Positions 27,545 to 41,988 are shown, counted from the first letter of the stretch. The stretch: DNA of 64,000 bases from Octopus vulgaris (GCA_951406725.2 OX597814.1:117986001-118050000); one strand, 5' to 3'. Translations and numbers: made by a program. The notes: generated from the letters alone by a model not told the origin.

Positions 27545-27750
27545 TGCATTTTCCCCACCATCACCTGGCAAACTGGTGTTGGTGTGTTTACCTAAGCATA
27601 AGTCAGTGGTCCGGCCAGACAGATCGATAGAATAAGTGACGCTCTAAAAAAGGAAATTAAAAGTTTCTGATAGCGTGTCCTTCGATTAAAATGTTTTCAA
27701 GTCTTATTCCTCAGCATGGCCACAGTCTAATACCTGAAACAATTTAAAGA
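27545..27750 (+). mobile_element. Degenerate SINE 3' module (family A/D)
   Basis: ccccaccatc.c.tg.caa..ggtgttggtgtgtttac...gatagaataagt...cagcatggccacagtc..a..ctgaaaca. Confidence 0.65.
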
Positions 27751-30700
27751 TATATGATAACACACACACACACTCACGTATATGTATATTTTTACTATAC
27801 GGCCATAATATATTTTTCATACGCATGTATAACATACAATGGGATATATGATGCAGTGTTTCGATATTTAGGTGTAATATTGCTTTGTTGTATAAAAGAA
27901 ACTAGTTTGAACTGGTTCTTCATTCAATATGAACCGAAATATGTTATATATGATATTTTGTTTCAATCTTCATGGAATGATTTAAGAATGTTTGAAGGAA
28001 ATGCATCTCGTGTGTGCGTCGCTTTTCATTTTTAACCACTGAAATTGAATGCTACTAATTATACCCTTTATAGAGTTAATGTTCGGCAACTTCAGGAAAG
28101 TTAATGTTCGGCAGAAGGTGAGCTAGGACACCAGACTGTGCGCTGACTTGCGCAGGTCCTGGAAGGAACATAACTTAGGTGTTTAGAGAAAGTCTGACAT
28201 ATAACCCCAATACGTGCTGAAATCCGTAGAATAAGATACTTTGCACTGGAAATTCATATAACACGGTTAGAGGGAGAGCAGTGGCGAGGGGGAGAGAAAC
28301 AGAAGTATTGACATATACGTCAGTCGGTAAATGTAACTCACAAATCAAACAATTCCCAATGAATATGCTCAGGCAAAATGCCTATAAAATCATACAAATA
28401 GGAATAGGTATTCCAAGCTTTAAGTATTGGTTATTTTTCTACTGTAATGAACAAAATATATTTTTCGTCAATTGTATTATAAGCATACTCAGGTAAGATT
28501 GAAGATAAATATTTGATAGATTTGTTGACAAATCGATACGTATTTCAGTTTTAGTAAAACGCATTGACACGCAACGTCGTTAAATTAAGTTTTCAAGCAA
28601 GGACTGGAATTGACAAGGAGGTAACTGCGACGTATAAAACGAAATCCCTTATTAGACATTGTATATTAATACCATTGGGAAATTTCATAGCGATGTAATT
28701 TACCACAAAGCAAATAGAGTTAAGTGCAATCTAAGCTACATAATGATTTGAGTTAATATGAATGTTTGATGTATTGATATTAGTGGTGGTTAATCTCTGT
28801 CATTTCTCAATGAAGTTTCACTTGTGAAACTTCATTATCTGTTCTCAAATTAATCTATAAATGGCCGAGAGTTCCGCAAAGCCATGTAATGCAATTCTCC
28901 GGCAAAATTAACGTCACACATAATAACAACCTATCATTTTATTTTCAGATATGGTGCAGTTAAAGCTTATCTCTTTCTTCCACTCAATTTCAATCAGAAT
29001 GTAGGAGTAGTGATGGGGATGAATAAATTCCTGTTTACCTTAGATGCCAAACTGTTGGAGCGGAGCTAAAACCTCGTGATTAGAAACTGAACTTAATCTC
29101 CATTCAGCCAACTGCATCTACGGATTGATATTATAGCTGCAATTAAAAGGTGTTATTTTTTTTATTGAAAACAAAAATTAATCAGTAAAGATTCAAGTAA
29201 CTGAAATCTAAATATTTCAAGTTATAGTAATTTAAATATAAACTTCATTTGGCCTAATATTTATTAGCTAAGGGGACAATTAGACATGATTAGGTGGCAT
29301 TAGACCTTGCAGAAGAATTTACAGGACACTTAACTGAATAAGATTCAGAGTGTATAGTTTCAAAGTGAAAGTAAATCACACATTCAGCAATTTACAACAA
29401 TGGCATTGCTAATTATCCTAAAGCTACTTCTGTCTGAAAATGTATTAAACGGAATCTAACATTCTTTATAAGGTCAGGCAAAATAAATATTAATCTTTTG
29501 AAATTATGGACCTCTCATGTGAATCATAATCAGCACCTTCCGTCTGAAAATAGGAATAATTTAAATTCTTAGCACAGCCATATACACACAAACACAAAAA
29601 CAAACGCACACATACACCTAGATATTAATACCAGAAAAACAAACAAACAATCAAAAAAGTAAACAAGTATATTGTTCGGTTGACATACTTATAACAGTGA
29701 GCAGAATATAATTTTTGGTTCAATTACATTAAGCTACTATATGTTATTAATGCAGAAGTCACCCTTGGGAAATTTTCCGAAGTCGTTATTTTAAATTGAC
29801 TAATAAGAAAATTAATTTCGCACCCAAACTATGCAATCTTAAAGCGATTTTGTTTGCTGCTATTGTCTTAACGCGTTTCCGACGGCTGCATCTCATAAGC
29901 TCAAAATATGTCTGCACTCGTCACCGCAATTGCCATAATAAAATTCTTTGTAATTTCCTTAGACCAAATTCGTTTTTGGTCAAAAGAAGTTTTGAGCATA
30001 TCGCACTTCCCCTTAGGATGATTGTTTTTGTGATGACCCCACCCCGCCACTCTCGTTTACTTATTTGATGTGGATATAATTAATTGAATTAATTTTATAA
30101 CAATCACTTGAGCTACACGTCATTCAAGCAGAGATTGCACAGAGACAAATTCTGTAAATATGCATATCAAAATTATACATACTCTCTTACGTATCGATTT
30201 TCAAATACACACGGAGCCACAAGATTATAATTTAATAAGAGATGTATCTCCATTAATTCGCGAAAGTTAAACTAGATATCTATTCTTAACCGAATGAGCC
30301 TATTTATATTTCATATTATGACTAGTCTCGTATAGATTAATTATTTAATTGCCTTCATGAGATTCTCTTTGTGCGTGTGTGCGTGCGCAAATGCATACAT
30401 AGGCATAAACAATGGTTGCTACGTATTTTTATTTATTATAGTAAATGTGACTTACTCCTGTTTCCAGTGGTCATTATAGGTTCTATAGTGACAGCTTTAC
30501 TCAATTGGCCCATTAATGGGTTGAGAAAAAATGACCAGAATATGCGAGAGTGGAAGAGAAGTTATAATTTGGAAATGAATGGTTGAAGTGAAAAGTAGAG
30601 AAAGGAAGCGAAGAAGGAATACAAAGAATAATGGAGTCGAAGCATTAGATAGGAATTGGGGGCAGACGATGACCGAAATTGGGGAAGGAACAGTGATTTT

Positions 30701-31060
30701 TGGTTCTCTTGTCCATAAGTTGCGATATTCGTCTGCTAAATAATGTCACGTTTTCTTTATTTCTGTGTTTGAATGACGAGATTTGGTTGTAATAGCGAGG
30801 TTTAAAGGTCGTTAAAAAACATCGTCAGTCAATCTTCTAGCATCCCCATTCTGTGACCATTACAGCAATAAACGTTTTTATTTCCTATTCTAATTCATAG
30901 AAATTCTATACTCAATGTTGACTAATATAATCCTCATACTTGCTTAAGACGTTATTACACTTAGTATTCCTTTCAGAAGCCCTCACATTCAAACTATCAG
31001 TTGCAGCGTCACCATTTCTATCGATATAGCTTCGTCATTATTATTAAACATGTATGCTGT

Positions 31061-31444
31061 TTTACTCTTTTACTTGTTTCAGTCATTTGACTGCGGCCGT
31101 GCTAGAGCACCGTCTTTAGTCGAGCAAATCGACTCTGGGACTTATTCTTTGTAAGCCTTGTCATATTCTATCGGTCTCTTTGGCTGAACCGCTAAGTGAC
31201 GGGGACATAAACACATCAGCATCGGTTGTCAAGCAACACAGACACACAAACACACACACACACATATATATATACACATATATACGACGGGCTTTCAGTT
31301 TCCGTCTACCAAATCCACTCTCAAGGCTCTGGTCGGCCCGAGGCTATAGTAGAAGACACTTGCCCAAGGTGCCACGCAGTGGGACTGAACACTGAACCAT
31401 GTGGTTGGTAAGCAAGCTACTTACCACACAGCCACTCCTACGCC
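31061..31444 (-). mobile_element. Full composite SINE (family A head + (TG)n + D tail)
   Basis: Highly similar over its length to 41513-41909. Confidence 0.9.
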
Positions 31445-31925
31445 TATATATGTATATGTATTCCTTTTGCACACTTTGCCCGGTTCTTGTTTCCTTAATG
31501 TTTGTAACATTTTCTGCGACGTGCTTTCTTGGGCCCATTGCATACAGTATCTTTTGCTCATCATTTTGTCCCTTACTCCTTCCTCTTTTATATTCTCTTT
31601 TTCCACAAACTACGCAGGATAACGCACCGTTACTTCGCACATTAACCACAACAAGTACCATATCATGTTTGTATGAATATCATTGTGCGCGTATATGTGT
31701 GTGTGTCTGTGTCTGTCTTTGTGTATAAAGCAATGCTTTAATGTCTATGAAATTAACAGTTTGCTCTAGTTTCACCCCGCAGGTCAGTGCAGAATCACTA
31801 TTGATCATTAAGCAATATATAATTTAACTTTTAATGTTTTATACAATAAAATATATTTGCCCTCTAAGTACTGAGTTCTGTAGCAGATAGAATTAAAACA
31901 TCAGAAAACGATTGAATACTGTATG

Positions 31926-31980
<55 letters not shown>

Positions 31981-32612
31981 TTTGTATATATGTATCTTTT
32001 ACAATTTTAAGATTATATTATACATATGTCATAACATTTTTTGGCATCAGTGTGAAGTTTTTTATTAAATTATATTATGGCACTGAATTGGACAGTCATC
32101 GATTAAATTTTTCTTTCGTTTTGTACATTCACATACAATTATCCCTGTTACATTCGCGGTGTATATTTTTCATCTACACTTTTAAATGCGCAAGCACTGA
32201 AGTAAATTTCAGATTTCATTTGAAGATAATTTATGATAACAATTTATATCATCAGAATGTATGAAACTTTCTGACACCTTGCTAGTTTTCCTACTAAAAA
32301 CATGGTTCATTCTCAATAGAAAATATATATGTATATATGAGTGTGATGGGTGTGTGTATGTGTGTGTTTGAGAAAGAGAGTGAGGGGGAGAGAGAGCGAC
32401 AGAGAGAGAGGTCTGCGCAAAAACAAGTACAAACATACACACGTCGCAGCATGTGTGACAATATTTCCAATTATAATGTCTCACGAGTGACGTAATATAT
32501 TACATTTTGTATATAGCTTTATTGTATTTCATTTTTCTGTCAGCAAAGCTTTTCACCAAGAATCATTCTTCTTATGTTTCAAAAACGTTTGGTTCTATGT
32601 TTCTTTCATATA

Positions 32613-32651
<39 letters not shown>

Positions 32652-32655
<4 letters not shown>

Positions 32656-32837
32656 GGAAAGTTTACGAAAATAAACAAAAGACGAAGGCGGGTGGTGTAC
32701 AAAACAAACAGATGTATTAGTATAGCGCTCAGGAATAGAAAAAGTATTTTACGTTTCGAACCTACGCTCTTCTACGGAAAGGTACACAGAAAAAACAAGG
32801 AGAGAAAAAATGTGTGTAGTGGCTAACAATCTATCAT

Positions 32838-32841
<4 letters not shown>
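32652..32841 (-). mobile_element. Solo PLE pseudo-LTR (tandem with the element at 32914-34897)
   Basis: Homologous to 32914-33110 and 36153-36305 and carries the same hammerhead-like motif. Confidence 0.7.
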
Positions 32842-32883
<42 letters not shown>

Positions 32884-32913
32884 CACACATACACACAAAC
32901 ACACATATATATA

Positions 32914-34897
32914 TACATATATAGTGACAATTTACCAAAAAAATCCCAAAGACTAAGACGGGTGTGTAAACAACAAACGGATATATTACTTTAACAATCG
33001 GGAAGTAAAAATGTCTTTTACGATTGGAGCGTACGCTCATCAACAGAAAGGAACACAGAAATAAACAGGGAGAGAAAATAGAAAAAGATATAGTGCCAAG
33101 TGATCTATCATGCTCCCTCCACACCTCCACACCACCTCGCACACACTAGCACTGACCACTTCCCAGCACCTAAACACCTACACATGCACACACGCACACG
33201 TCAATGTCACGAGGTCCCTTCCGTACGCTCGCACACGCACATACACGGTCTCTCATTCACACGCACGCGCACCTTCGTTGCACGAACAATCCGAACACAG
33301 CCAGGTGTTGTAAAGTCTGACCGGTAGAATGGAAATGGCGCGAGACCGGTGTGTGATTGCCGAGTAAGATGTCTCGGAGGTGTTCCGCGAATCGGTCAGC
33401 CAAGCGGCGTCATGTTTAACCGATGTATAGAAAAGGGCAGAGAGAGTAAGAGATGCAGTGGATGACTTTGCTAGAAGTGCAGGTGAAGAAGTCAGGCATA
33501 TGATAGGGTCGATGATGGTGCCTGTAAGGAGGTGGTGTTGGAGAGGTAACGGCAAGTGCGTCAGCGTGGGCGGTAGCAGGGGAACGAACCGGGTTGTGGG
33601 GTTGGAATATAGAAGAAGCTGTGGAGCAAGACGTCTCGTAGGTTGTGGACTCATTTGAAGGAGGGTATTGGTCGGTTAGGGAACATGTGCAAAGTGGAAG
33701 TGTCGGACTGGAGTCGCCGGAAGGCTTGGAGAATGGTTCGGTGGATAGGTAGGATGGTAGGTGAGGGTAACGGGAGACAGATGACGGCGGGTTGGGGTGG
33801 AGAGGGCAGATGCATGGTCCAAGGAACGTGTTCTGGCAAAGGCGGTCTGGATAGTGGTGAGAAGATATCCACGTAGGATGAAGTGGCTAGCCACGAGATG
33901 AGACTGCTGAGCCAGCGTAGACGGTACAATTGGGAATAGGGGATGGAGAGCTTGGTATGTTTAGAGTGGGAGAAGTTGAGTTATGAGTGTGAGTCTGTGT
34001 GTTTACAGTGGATGGAGGGGGTAAGAGTGGAGTGATGAATGCTGATCGAAATGTCGAGAAAGGTGACTGAGGTGTTGGAAATAGTGCAGACGTGGAGGGC
34101 AGGATGGAAAGATTTGACAAAGAGAGGAAAGAGTCTAGATGTTCGCGGGAGAGTGAAGTCGCACAGATACAGTCGTAAATATAACGACCGTATAGTTCAG
34201 GAGTGGTACCAGTGAAACTTGAGAATATTTGATCCCCAACGTAGCCAACGAACAGTTCGAGCCCATTCTTGTTCTCATGACCACCCCAAGAACTTTTGGT
34301 AAAAATCACCAGCGAACGAGAAGCTGTTAAGTGAGAGGACAAGTTCTGCCAACGAAGGCGAGCGGATGTGTCAGGTTGGCTATGGTTCGAAGGTCAAGAA
34401 AATGTTGGCAGCCTCTCATGGTGGCAGATCACCGTGTATAGACTCTTGATGACAAGAGGGAAGAGACTTATTATATCATGGAGTACGAGAAAAGCATAAG
34501 TAGAAGGATGGAGAAAGTGTTGAACAAACGAAGAGTATAGTTGGTGTTATAGATGTGAGAGGGAAGAACACGGGCGAGATATCTGGAGATGAGTTCGGTG
34601 AGGCAGTGGCAGGTGGAGACGATGGGGCGGCCAGGGTTGTTAGGTTTGTGGATCTTGGGGAGGAAGTAAATTGTGGAAGTGTGAGGGGTGCGAACAATGA
34701 GGTTAAAGGCGGTGAGGAGGAGACGGCAGGAGGAGATGAGGTCATGGATAGTGGAGACCACACAGTCTGTTGGTAATTAGGCGTGTGGTTGAAGGGCAGA
34801 GGGCAGCAGAAGAAGGTGTCTTGAAGTTGGCGGAGAGCTTCAGGTTTGTAGACGCAAAAGTGTCACACAAGCACGGCTCCACCCTTGTCGGCCGATT
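32914..34897 (-). mobile_element. Decayed Neptune-type Penelope-like element, 5'-truncated at the ADKG motif
   Basis: Minus-strand fragments include SADKGGAVLV, YFLPKIHKPNNPGRPIVS, IKSLYTVI, YGRYIYD (decayed RYIDD) and the GIY-YIG remnant VIHCISYSLCPFLYIG*T*RRLADRFAEHLRD, with many stops and frameshifts. Confidence 0.9.
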
Positions 34898-34930
34898 ATA
34901 TATAGACATGAATATCTGGGTGTGCATCTC

Positions 34931-34965
<35 letters not shown>

Positions 34966-34968
34966 TAT

Positions 34969-35011
<43 letters not shown>

Positions 35012-35023
35012 TATGTATAAATT

Positions 35024-35054
<31 letters not shown>

Positions 35055-35279
35055 ATGTATGTGTGTGTGTAGTGCGTTTGTTTCTGTGTGTGTGTCTGTG
35101 TGTCTGTGTGTATAAGAAATATAGCACCAAACGTTTCTGAAACATGCCAAGAAGAATTCTTGGTGCAAAATGATGGAGGTGTCAAAATGTAATAGAATAA
35201 AGCGATGTACAAAATGTCGTATATTACGTTATTCTTGAAACATGAAATACACACACACACACACATACACACACATACA

Positions 35280-35370
<91 letters not shown>

Positions 35371-36108
35371 GTGTGCGTGCATACAGTTCTTCATACACAT
35401 ATGTGTGCGTGCATACAGTTCTTCATAGATAGCACAGCATATATAATGCTATTTAAGTTTAGGTAATATGACTATCTATGTTTGCAGTAAAACGCAGTGT
35501 TGGGTCCTTACTGTCTACAAATTGCTTGTACAAACCATATAATAAACACATGATCCTTGCCAACAGTGATCTTAGGGAGATTGCTGAATCAATATCTTTC
35601 CCCTCAGCCTAGATTTTACACGTTCTGTGTTTCACTTGCATATCAAATATTAGGAAATAGATATTCTCATAGACGCATGTTTACATCACGTAGAAATATA
35701 CCAATGCATGTGGTGTATTTGGATGTATGTGTGTATGTACATATATTTATATATCTTCGAATGCAGCTGTGAGCCTATGCGTTAACGTGTGTGTGTGTTG
35801 ACATTTGCCTGAATATATTCGAATTTTTGAATGCCTATAGATAACAAAGTTCGCGATTAGTATAGAGAAAATATAATGCAATTTACTACTAACGTCTAGT
35901 TCAACGGAAATTTGCAATGAAGATATATGTAGTGCAACAGTTGTCCTCATTTCTGACAAGCGTGATTTTATTGGGCATCGATTTACGGCCATCGTGAAAC
36001 CTACTGGTACTACGTAGGTGTTGAAGCTAAAACCTGAAAAAATATACATACACAATATACATATAAACACGTAATCACACACGCAAGTACAGGCTCACAA
36101 AAACACAC

Positions 36109-36152
<44 letters not shown>

Positions 36153-36157
<5 letters not shown>

Positions 36158-36305
36158 GAATTTACAAAACAAACAAAAGACGAAAGCGGGAGTGTAAACA
36201 ACAAACAGGTGTATTTATTTAACGCCCGGGAAGTGAGAAACACTTTTAGGTTTCGAGCCTACACTCTTCGACAGGTTGGAACACAGAAGTAAACAGGGAC
36301 AGAAT
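36153..36305 (-). mobile_element. Solo PLE pseudo-LTR fragment in (TA)n
   Basis: Homologous to 32652-32841 and 32914-33110. Confidence 0.7.
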
Positions 36306-36360
36306 ATATCTCTATCTCTATCTATATCTATAAATATCTTTCTATATCTCTATATGTATA

Positions 36361-36445
<85 letters not shown>

Positions 36446-36469
36446 ATATGCAGCACACACACACACACA

Positions 36470-36830
36470 GATATAAAGAACTCTTTGAAAATCAAAGCTA
36501 AAGAAGATATTTATGGACAACTGCTTCGAAACATCCCGCTTATCTATCCAAACTATAAATTCATATTCATACCAATAATAATCAGAGCACTATGTTTTAT
36601 TAGTAAATGCTTAAATGAGAATCTGGATAAACAGGATTTTTAGAAATAGAAACTAACCAGCTGATTTGTACAATTCAAGTCCAATCTGTGAGCGGAACAG
36701 TAAATGTATGCAAGTCTTTTCACAAGATCCAATGTAAATTAGACTATTTTAACTACATTCCCAAAATGGAGCCTTGTATCTTTTGCTGGAAACTGGCTCA
36801 ATCCTGAGTGTAAGATTTATAAAAAATAAA
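36470..36830 (+). mobile_element. 3' end of an R4/Dong-like non-LTR retrotransposon (restriction-like endonuclease C-terminus)
   Basis: Translates as DIKNSLKIKAKEDIYGQLLRNIPLIYPNYKFIFIPIIIRAL...LNENL...IQVQSVSGTVNVCKSF, matching the K..KY..L / P..IGALG / LQ..S..GT pattern of REL-endonuclease LINE C-termini. Confidence 0.65.
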
Positions 36831-36959
36831 AAATAGAAGAAACATACATACGCACGCATAAGTACATATATACATACACACACGCATACATACATGTATA
36901 TACATATACATAAGCATATATATATATATGTGTATATACACGTATATATATATATATAT

Positions 36960-37053
<94 letters not shown>

Positions 37054-37345
37054 AATCACCGTAGATCTTTCGGTGGGGAATGTCTTCGAGGGGAAAGCCC
37101 ATCTTATCCCTTTGGAATAATACCAGTGATATCTTCGAAAGTAAGATGTGTCGGAAGTAAACGAATTTGACTAAATCCTGCGTTTAACTACATTTAGTTA
37201 TTTATATATATTATACAAAATATCTCACGTAAATCCAAAATGACAACCTCTTTCCTTGAGTGATTTTTTTGCTACTCTGGTTACCTTTTTTCTGTGTTAA
37301 TTGTTAACAAGGAAAAATACACACGTCTATATATATATATATATA

Positions 37346-37427
<82 letters not shown>

Positions 37428-37458
37428 TTATACGCACATATACACACACACAAACACA

Positions 37459-37492
<34 letters not shown>

Positions 37493-38143
37493 ATACACAT
37501 ACCAATGTGTGTATGTGTGTGTATGCATCGTTGTTTCTAATTGCAAGATATGTAATATTTTCTACCTATATTTACTGTATTATTTCTTGAGTAACAAGCG
37601 TAAATTGCGCCACTGACATCACTATCCAACTGCTAGAATTTATTTTTTGTTTTATGATAACAATCACTTGGTTAAGAAACTAGAACTTTGTAAAATCTCA
37701 GTATCATTTTTCTCTTACATTCTTGTGCATAATGATGATTGAATCAATAACTAAATTATTCCTACCTCCCTATCGGGAAGCGCCTGACTTTCTTATAGCT
37801 ACTGCTAGCCATAATACATAAAATAGACATTTACTGGCATCAAACCATAAGTCACTCTGTAATTTCCCAACGGCCTTCGATAATACCAAATATTATTTCG
37901 ATACTGATGATAATGTACGCAGTTCTTACCCTTTCTAGACACACACAAGCATACGCGCGCACACACACACACACTGGAATCGAGACTGATTAATAGGCCA
38001 CCTATATTCTGTCCTGGTTTTCCTGTCCGTTCTTGTATCGCCCATCTGTCTGTATGTTTCCATTGTTGTCCGTTACATTCTTTTTTCGGTTTTGTGATTT
38101 ATATATGCATATAGCGACGTACGTACACCTTTTGGTCACCTTG

Positions 38144-38234
<91 letters not shown>

Positions 38235-38420
38235 AGACCCGAATATTTTTGGGATGGGTCAGTTGATTATAACGGACCAGTACGAAAGCTGGTACTTAAT
38301 TTTTCGACCCCGAAATGATGAAAGGCAAAGTCGACCTCGGCGGAATTTGAACTCACAACGTAAAGACAGACGAAATGTCGCTATGCATTTCGTCCATTTT
38401 GCTAACGATTCTACATGCTG
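38235..38420 (-). mobile_element. SINE (family B)
   Basis: ctggtacttaattt.tcgaccccgaaa.gatgaaaggcaaagtcgacctcggcggaatttgaactca matches 17309-17520. Confidence 0.85.
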
Positions 38421-38437
38421 ACCACCTTTTGCATGTA

Positions 38438-38506
<69 letters not shown>

Positions 38507-40204
38507 GTGAGTGTGTGCAGGCGTGTGTGTTTATACATATACAAGAATGTATGTATTAGTGTCATTTTCAGGGAATTCATATGCAATAAATACCAACATA
38601 TATCCCTCATATTACACTCCTATATTGAAAGAAATTGTTCTCGTAGACGGAATGATCACCGTTGGAACGTGACCGATGAGGGGTTTATTCTGTCAGAACC
38701 AATCTAGGGATAAACTTTGAAAGAAATGAAAATTGTTATTCCTTTTCTATGAAGTATGTGATAGTTTCGTTTATAAATGTCGTTTGTCAAATGATATTGA
38801 GATAGGTAAATGTTACATGCAGCCAAATATTTGATGTCATCAGTCAATAATGCAAATAATCTCCATTCTGTGAAGTGTTAATACATGTAATATTTGCCTT
38901 CATATATCATTTGTTAATAGACATATCTTTACATAAATCCTCAGCATATTTTCTCTAAATAGTTTCATAAAATATCAAACATTTCCGCAGTGAAGCACAT
39001 GCATTTCTTTGCGTCATTCCCTAATGTACTGACATCTGTCATTGTCTATCAATAAATTACTATTCCCATAATATTAGAAATAAAACCATAGGTCTAAGTG
39101 TTAAAGATAAAGAAAAAGAAAAGAAATGATATAAGACAAGCAACATACGGCCAAATTTATTTGGTGGAAAAAATTACGTCCATTCCATGTATTTTATCGG
39201 ATCGAGATCTCTTTTCTAATTTATGTACCAACCCATCATATTATGAAATGAAGCCGAAAGACTTTGCATCCTGACAGACAAAACATGATGAAAACAATGA
39301 ATGTTTCAAAGTAACTTTGACTAAAAATAATTCATAAGGTGGGGGTGGCATAGTAAATACGAAACATTTTACAGTGAAGCTTGTAAAGGATTATCGATCT
39401 TAGATGAAAGAAATTCAACAGGGACCACACTCTGATTTACACTCAGATGTGAGTAAGTAGAAATATGTCATCGATGCATTAGTTTTTAGTGTCTCCACAT
39501 GCGATAGGTTAACAAGTTTATCGATTAACCTTAGCTAGGTCTAACATACCATGACATCAGTATTGTACAATTATGTTTCGAGTATTATATTTGCAGTTAG
39601 AGCGTTCATAGAAGAACTGTAATATATATATATATAGCATTGTGTGATATATTGTTATATTACTGGACATATTACACTAACATTGTCTCCAAAATATGTA
39701 GGTATACAGCATATATTTCCTAGGAAATGCATTTTCAGCGACATATAAATGTCGTCTTTCGCATTACTTTGAGAGCTGAGTGACTTATTATATCATGGAG
39801 TACGGGAAAAGCATAAGTAGACCCTCCTTTCCCTGTCCACCTATAAACCAGAAACATTTATCACATATTTCCAAACAACGTTTATAGTCAAACTTCTATA
39901 CATATGCTCTTTCATCTTAGACACTATAAACATTCGAATAGAAAGATATATGAATATGTGTATACGTTTTTCTCTGTTATCTTGGTGCGGTATAGTGAAG
40001 ACTTTAGTTCTTATCACTAGTAGGTAGATGCTTGTTCACCATCATTACGCTTCGTGCAAATTTATATTTCATAGCTATATAATGCTATTGCGCATGCGAT
40101 CCACCTATGTCACTGCTGGTGATATCATCAAATTTAAAATTTATCCACAGATGATACGAACAGTAGTGACATCTGATTTTAAATCTCAGTGTTTGAATGC
40201 TTTG

Positions 40205-40264
<60 letters not shown>

Positions 40265-40927
40265 AATATGTATGCGAGAATGTGTGTTTACCTTGTGTTT
40301 ATGTATGTGTGTGTATGTATGTATGTATGTCTGCATGTGAGTATATATGTATATTATGCATATATGCGTCTGTATTTGTATATATGCTTCTATGCTTGCC
40401 TGCTTGTGTATGATATTAATTTTTGAGTAAAACCGTGCTTTGATAAGAAAAAAATAAACGAGCTTCAAATTTAACTTGAAACGTGTATTAACGTCATACA
40501 GGCTTCTAAATATGAAATGAATTGATAAATATTTTTTGCTCAAAATATACGTCAGGCGATGTATCATTTTGATGGTAACAAACCTGCATTCTTTCGCTGA
40601 ACAATAGCCAAAAATTTAATGATGTATATATGGAAGCTTTTGGAAGAGAATGTAACTCATGTTCATTGTTATTAGGCTATGAAAAATATAGTTGCATATA
40701 TATTTATAGGAGTGGTTATGATACAAATAAACTTTCAACATTTTATTTCTCGTAAACATGACCTGGACAAAGAGAGCTATGCATTAATTAATATGTTGTA
40801 AGTGATGTAATAATGGATGTTTTATATCATTTATATGAAGCAATATTATACCAGCAGAAAAATAATATTCTGATTACTATTTATTCATATACATTATATA
40901 CATGCATAGCTACACATGTATAATCTG

Positions 40928-40984
<57 letters not shown>

Positions 40985-41512
40985 GCGTGTTTGTGTGAAT
41001 GTATGTATAGGTGTGTGTGTGTGCGAGTATATAAATGGCATTTTATGCATTCACATAATTATGTCATTCTTAGACACATATCACTATACTTTCTCAATAT
41101 GCGACGAAAAGCATTTTATTTTATTTTTAAATTTCAAGTTATGGTATAAAAGAAAAGTTTTTTAAAAAGAAATCGACATAGACTTCATGGAAGGAAGATA
41201 TCATATCGTAAGCGCTCTTCCTATTTTCAGCTTTGCAAATATGAGTGTCTGAAACGCCAAAATAAATGGAAACGTTTTCAATAGAGAAACTTTCTTCCAA
41301 CAGGTCTATTCTTCAGATGACAAAATTAATTTTTAATATCTTTGTAAGTAGCTGTGAGTATGTGTGTCTATACGTATGTGCACACACATATACACATATA
41401 TGTAATATATATATATATATGTAATATATATATACATATATGTGTGAATATATATATATATATATATCAATCTATCTATCTATCTATATATATATATATA
41501 TATATATATAAT

Positions 41513-41907
41513 TCTTTTACTTGTTTCAGTCATTTGACTGCGACCATGCTGGAGCACCGCCTTTAATCGAGCAAATCGACCCCATGACTTATTCTTTTGT
41601 AAGCCCAGTACTTATTTTATCGGTCTCTTTTGCCGAACCGCTAAGTAACGGGGACATAAACACACCAGCATCGGTTGTCAAGCAATGCTAGGGGGGCAAA
41701 CACAGACACAAACACATGCACTCATATATATATATATACATGTATACGACAGGCTTCTTCAGTTTCCGTCTACCAAATCCACTCACAAGGCTTTGGTCGG
41801 CCCGAGGATATAGTAGAAGACACATACCCGAAGGTGCCACGCAGTGCGACTGAACCCGGAACCATGTGGTTGGTAAACAAGCTACTTACCACACAGCCAC
41901 TCCTGCG

Positions 41908-41909
<2 letters not shown>
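41513..41909 (-). mobile_element. Young full composite SINE (family A/D)
   Basis: Head ggcgcaggagtggctgtgtggtaagtagc...ggttcagtc; tail ...tgactgaaacaagtaaaaga. Confidence 0.9.
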
Positions 41910-41954
<45 letters not shown>

Positions 41955-41988
41955 GAAGGTTTGGAGATGATGTACAGGTATTATATAT

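Noticed and set aside
28073-28115. 15-bp direct repeat agttaatgttcggca x2
   Set aside because: Only two units with a 10-nt spacer: a local duplication, not a CRISPR-like array.
35364-35427. 32-bp tandem duplication
   Set aside because: Ordinary slippage duplication at a microsatellite edge.
37050-37330. Insert in (TA)n with catctt...gaaagt-aagatg resembling a hammerhead stem I
   Set aside because: Core and stem III are absent, so at most an unassignable relic.
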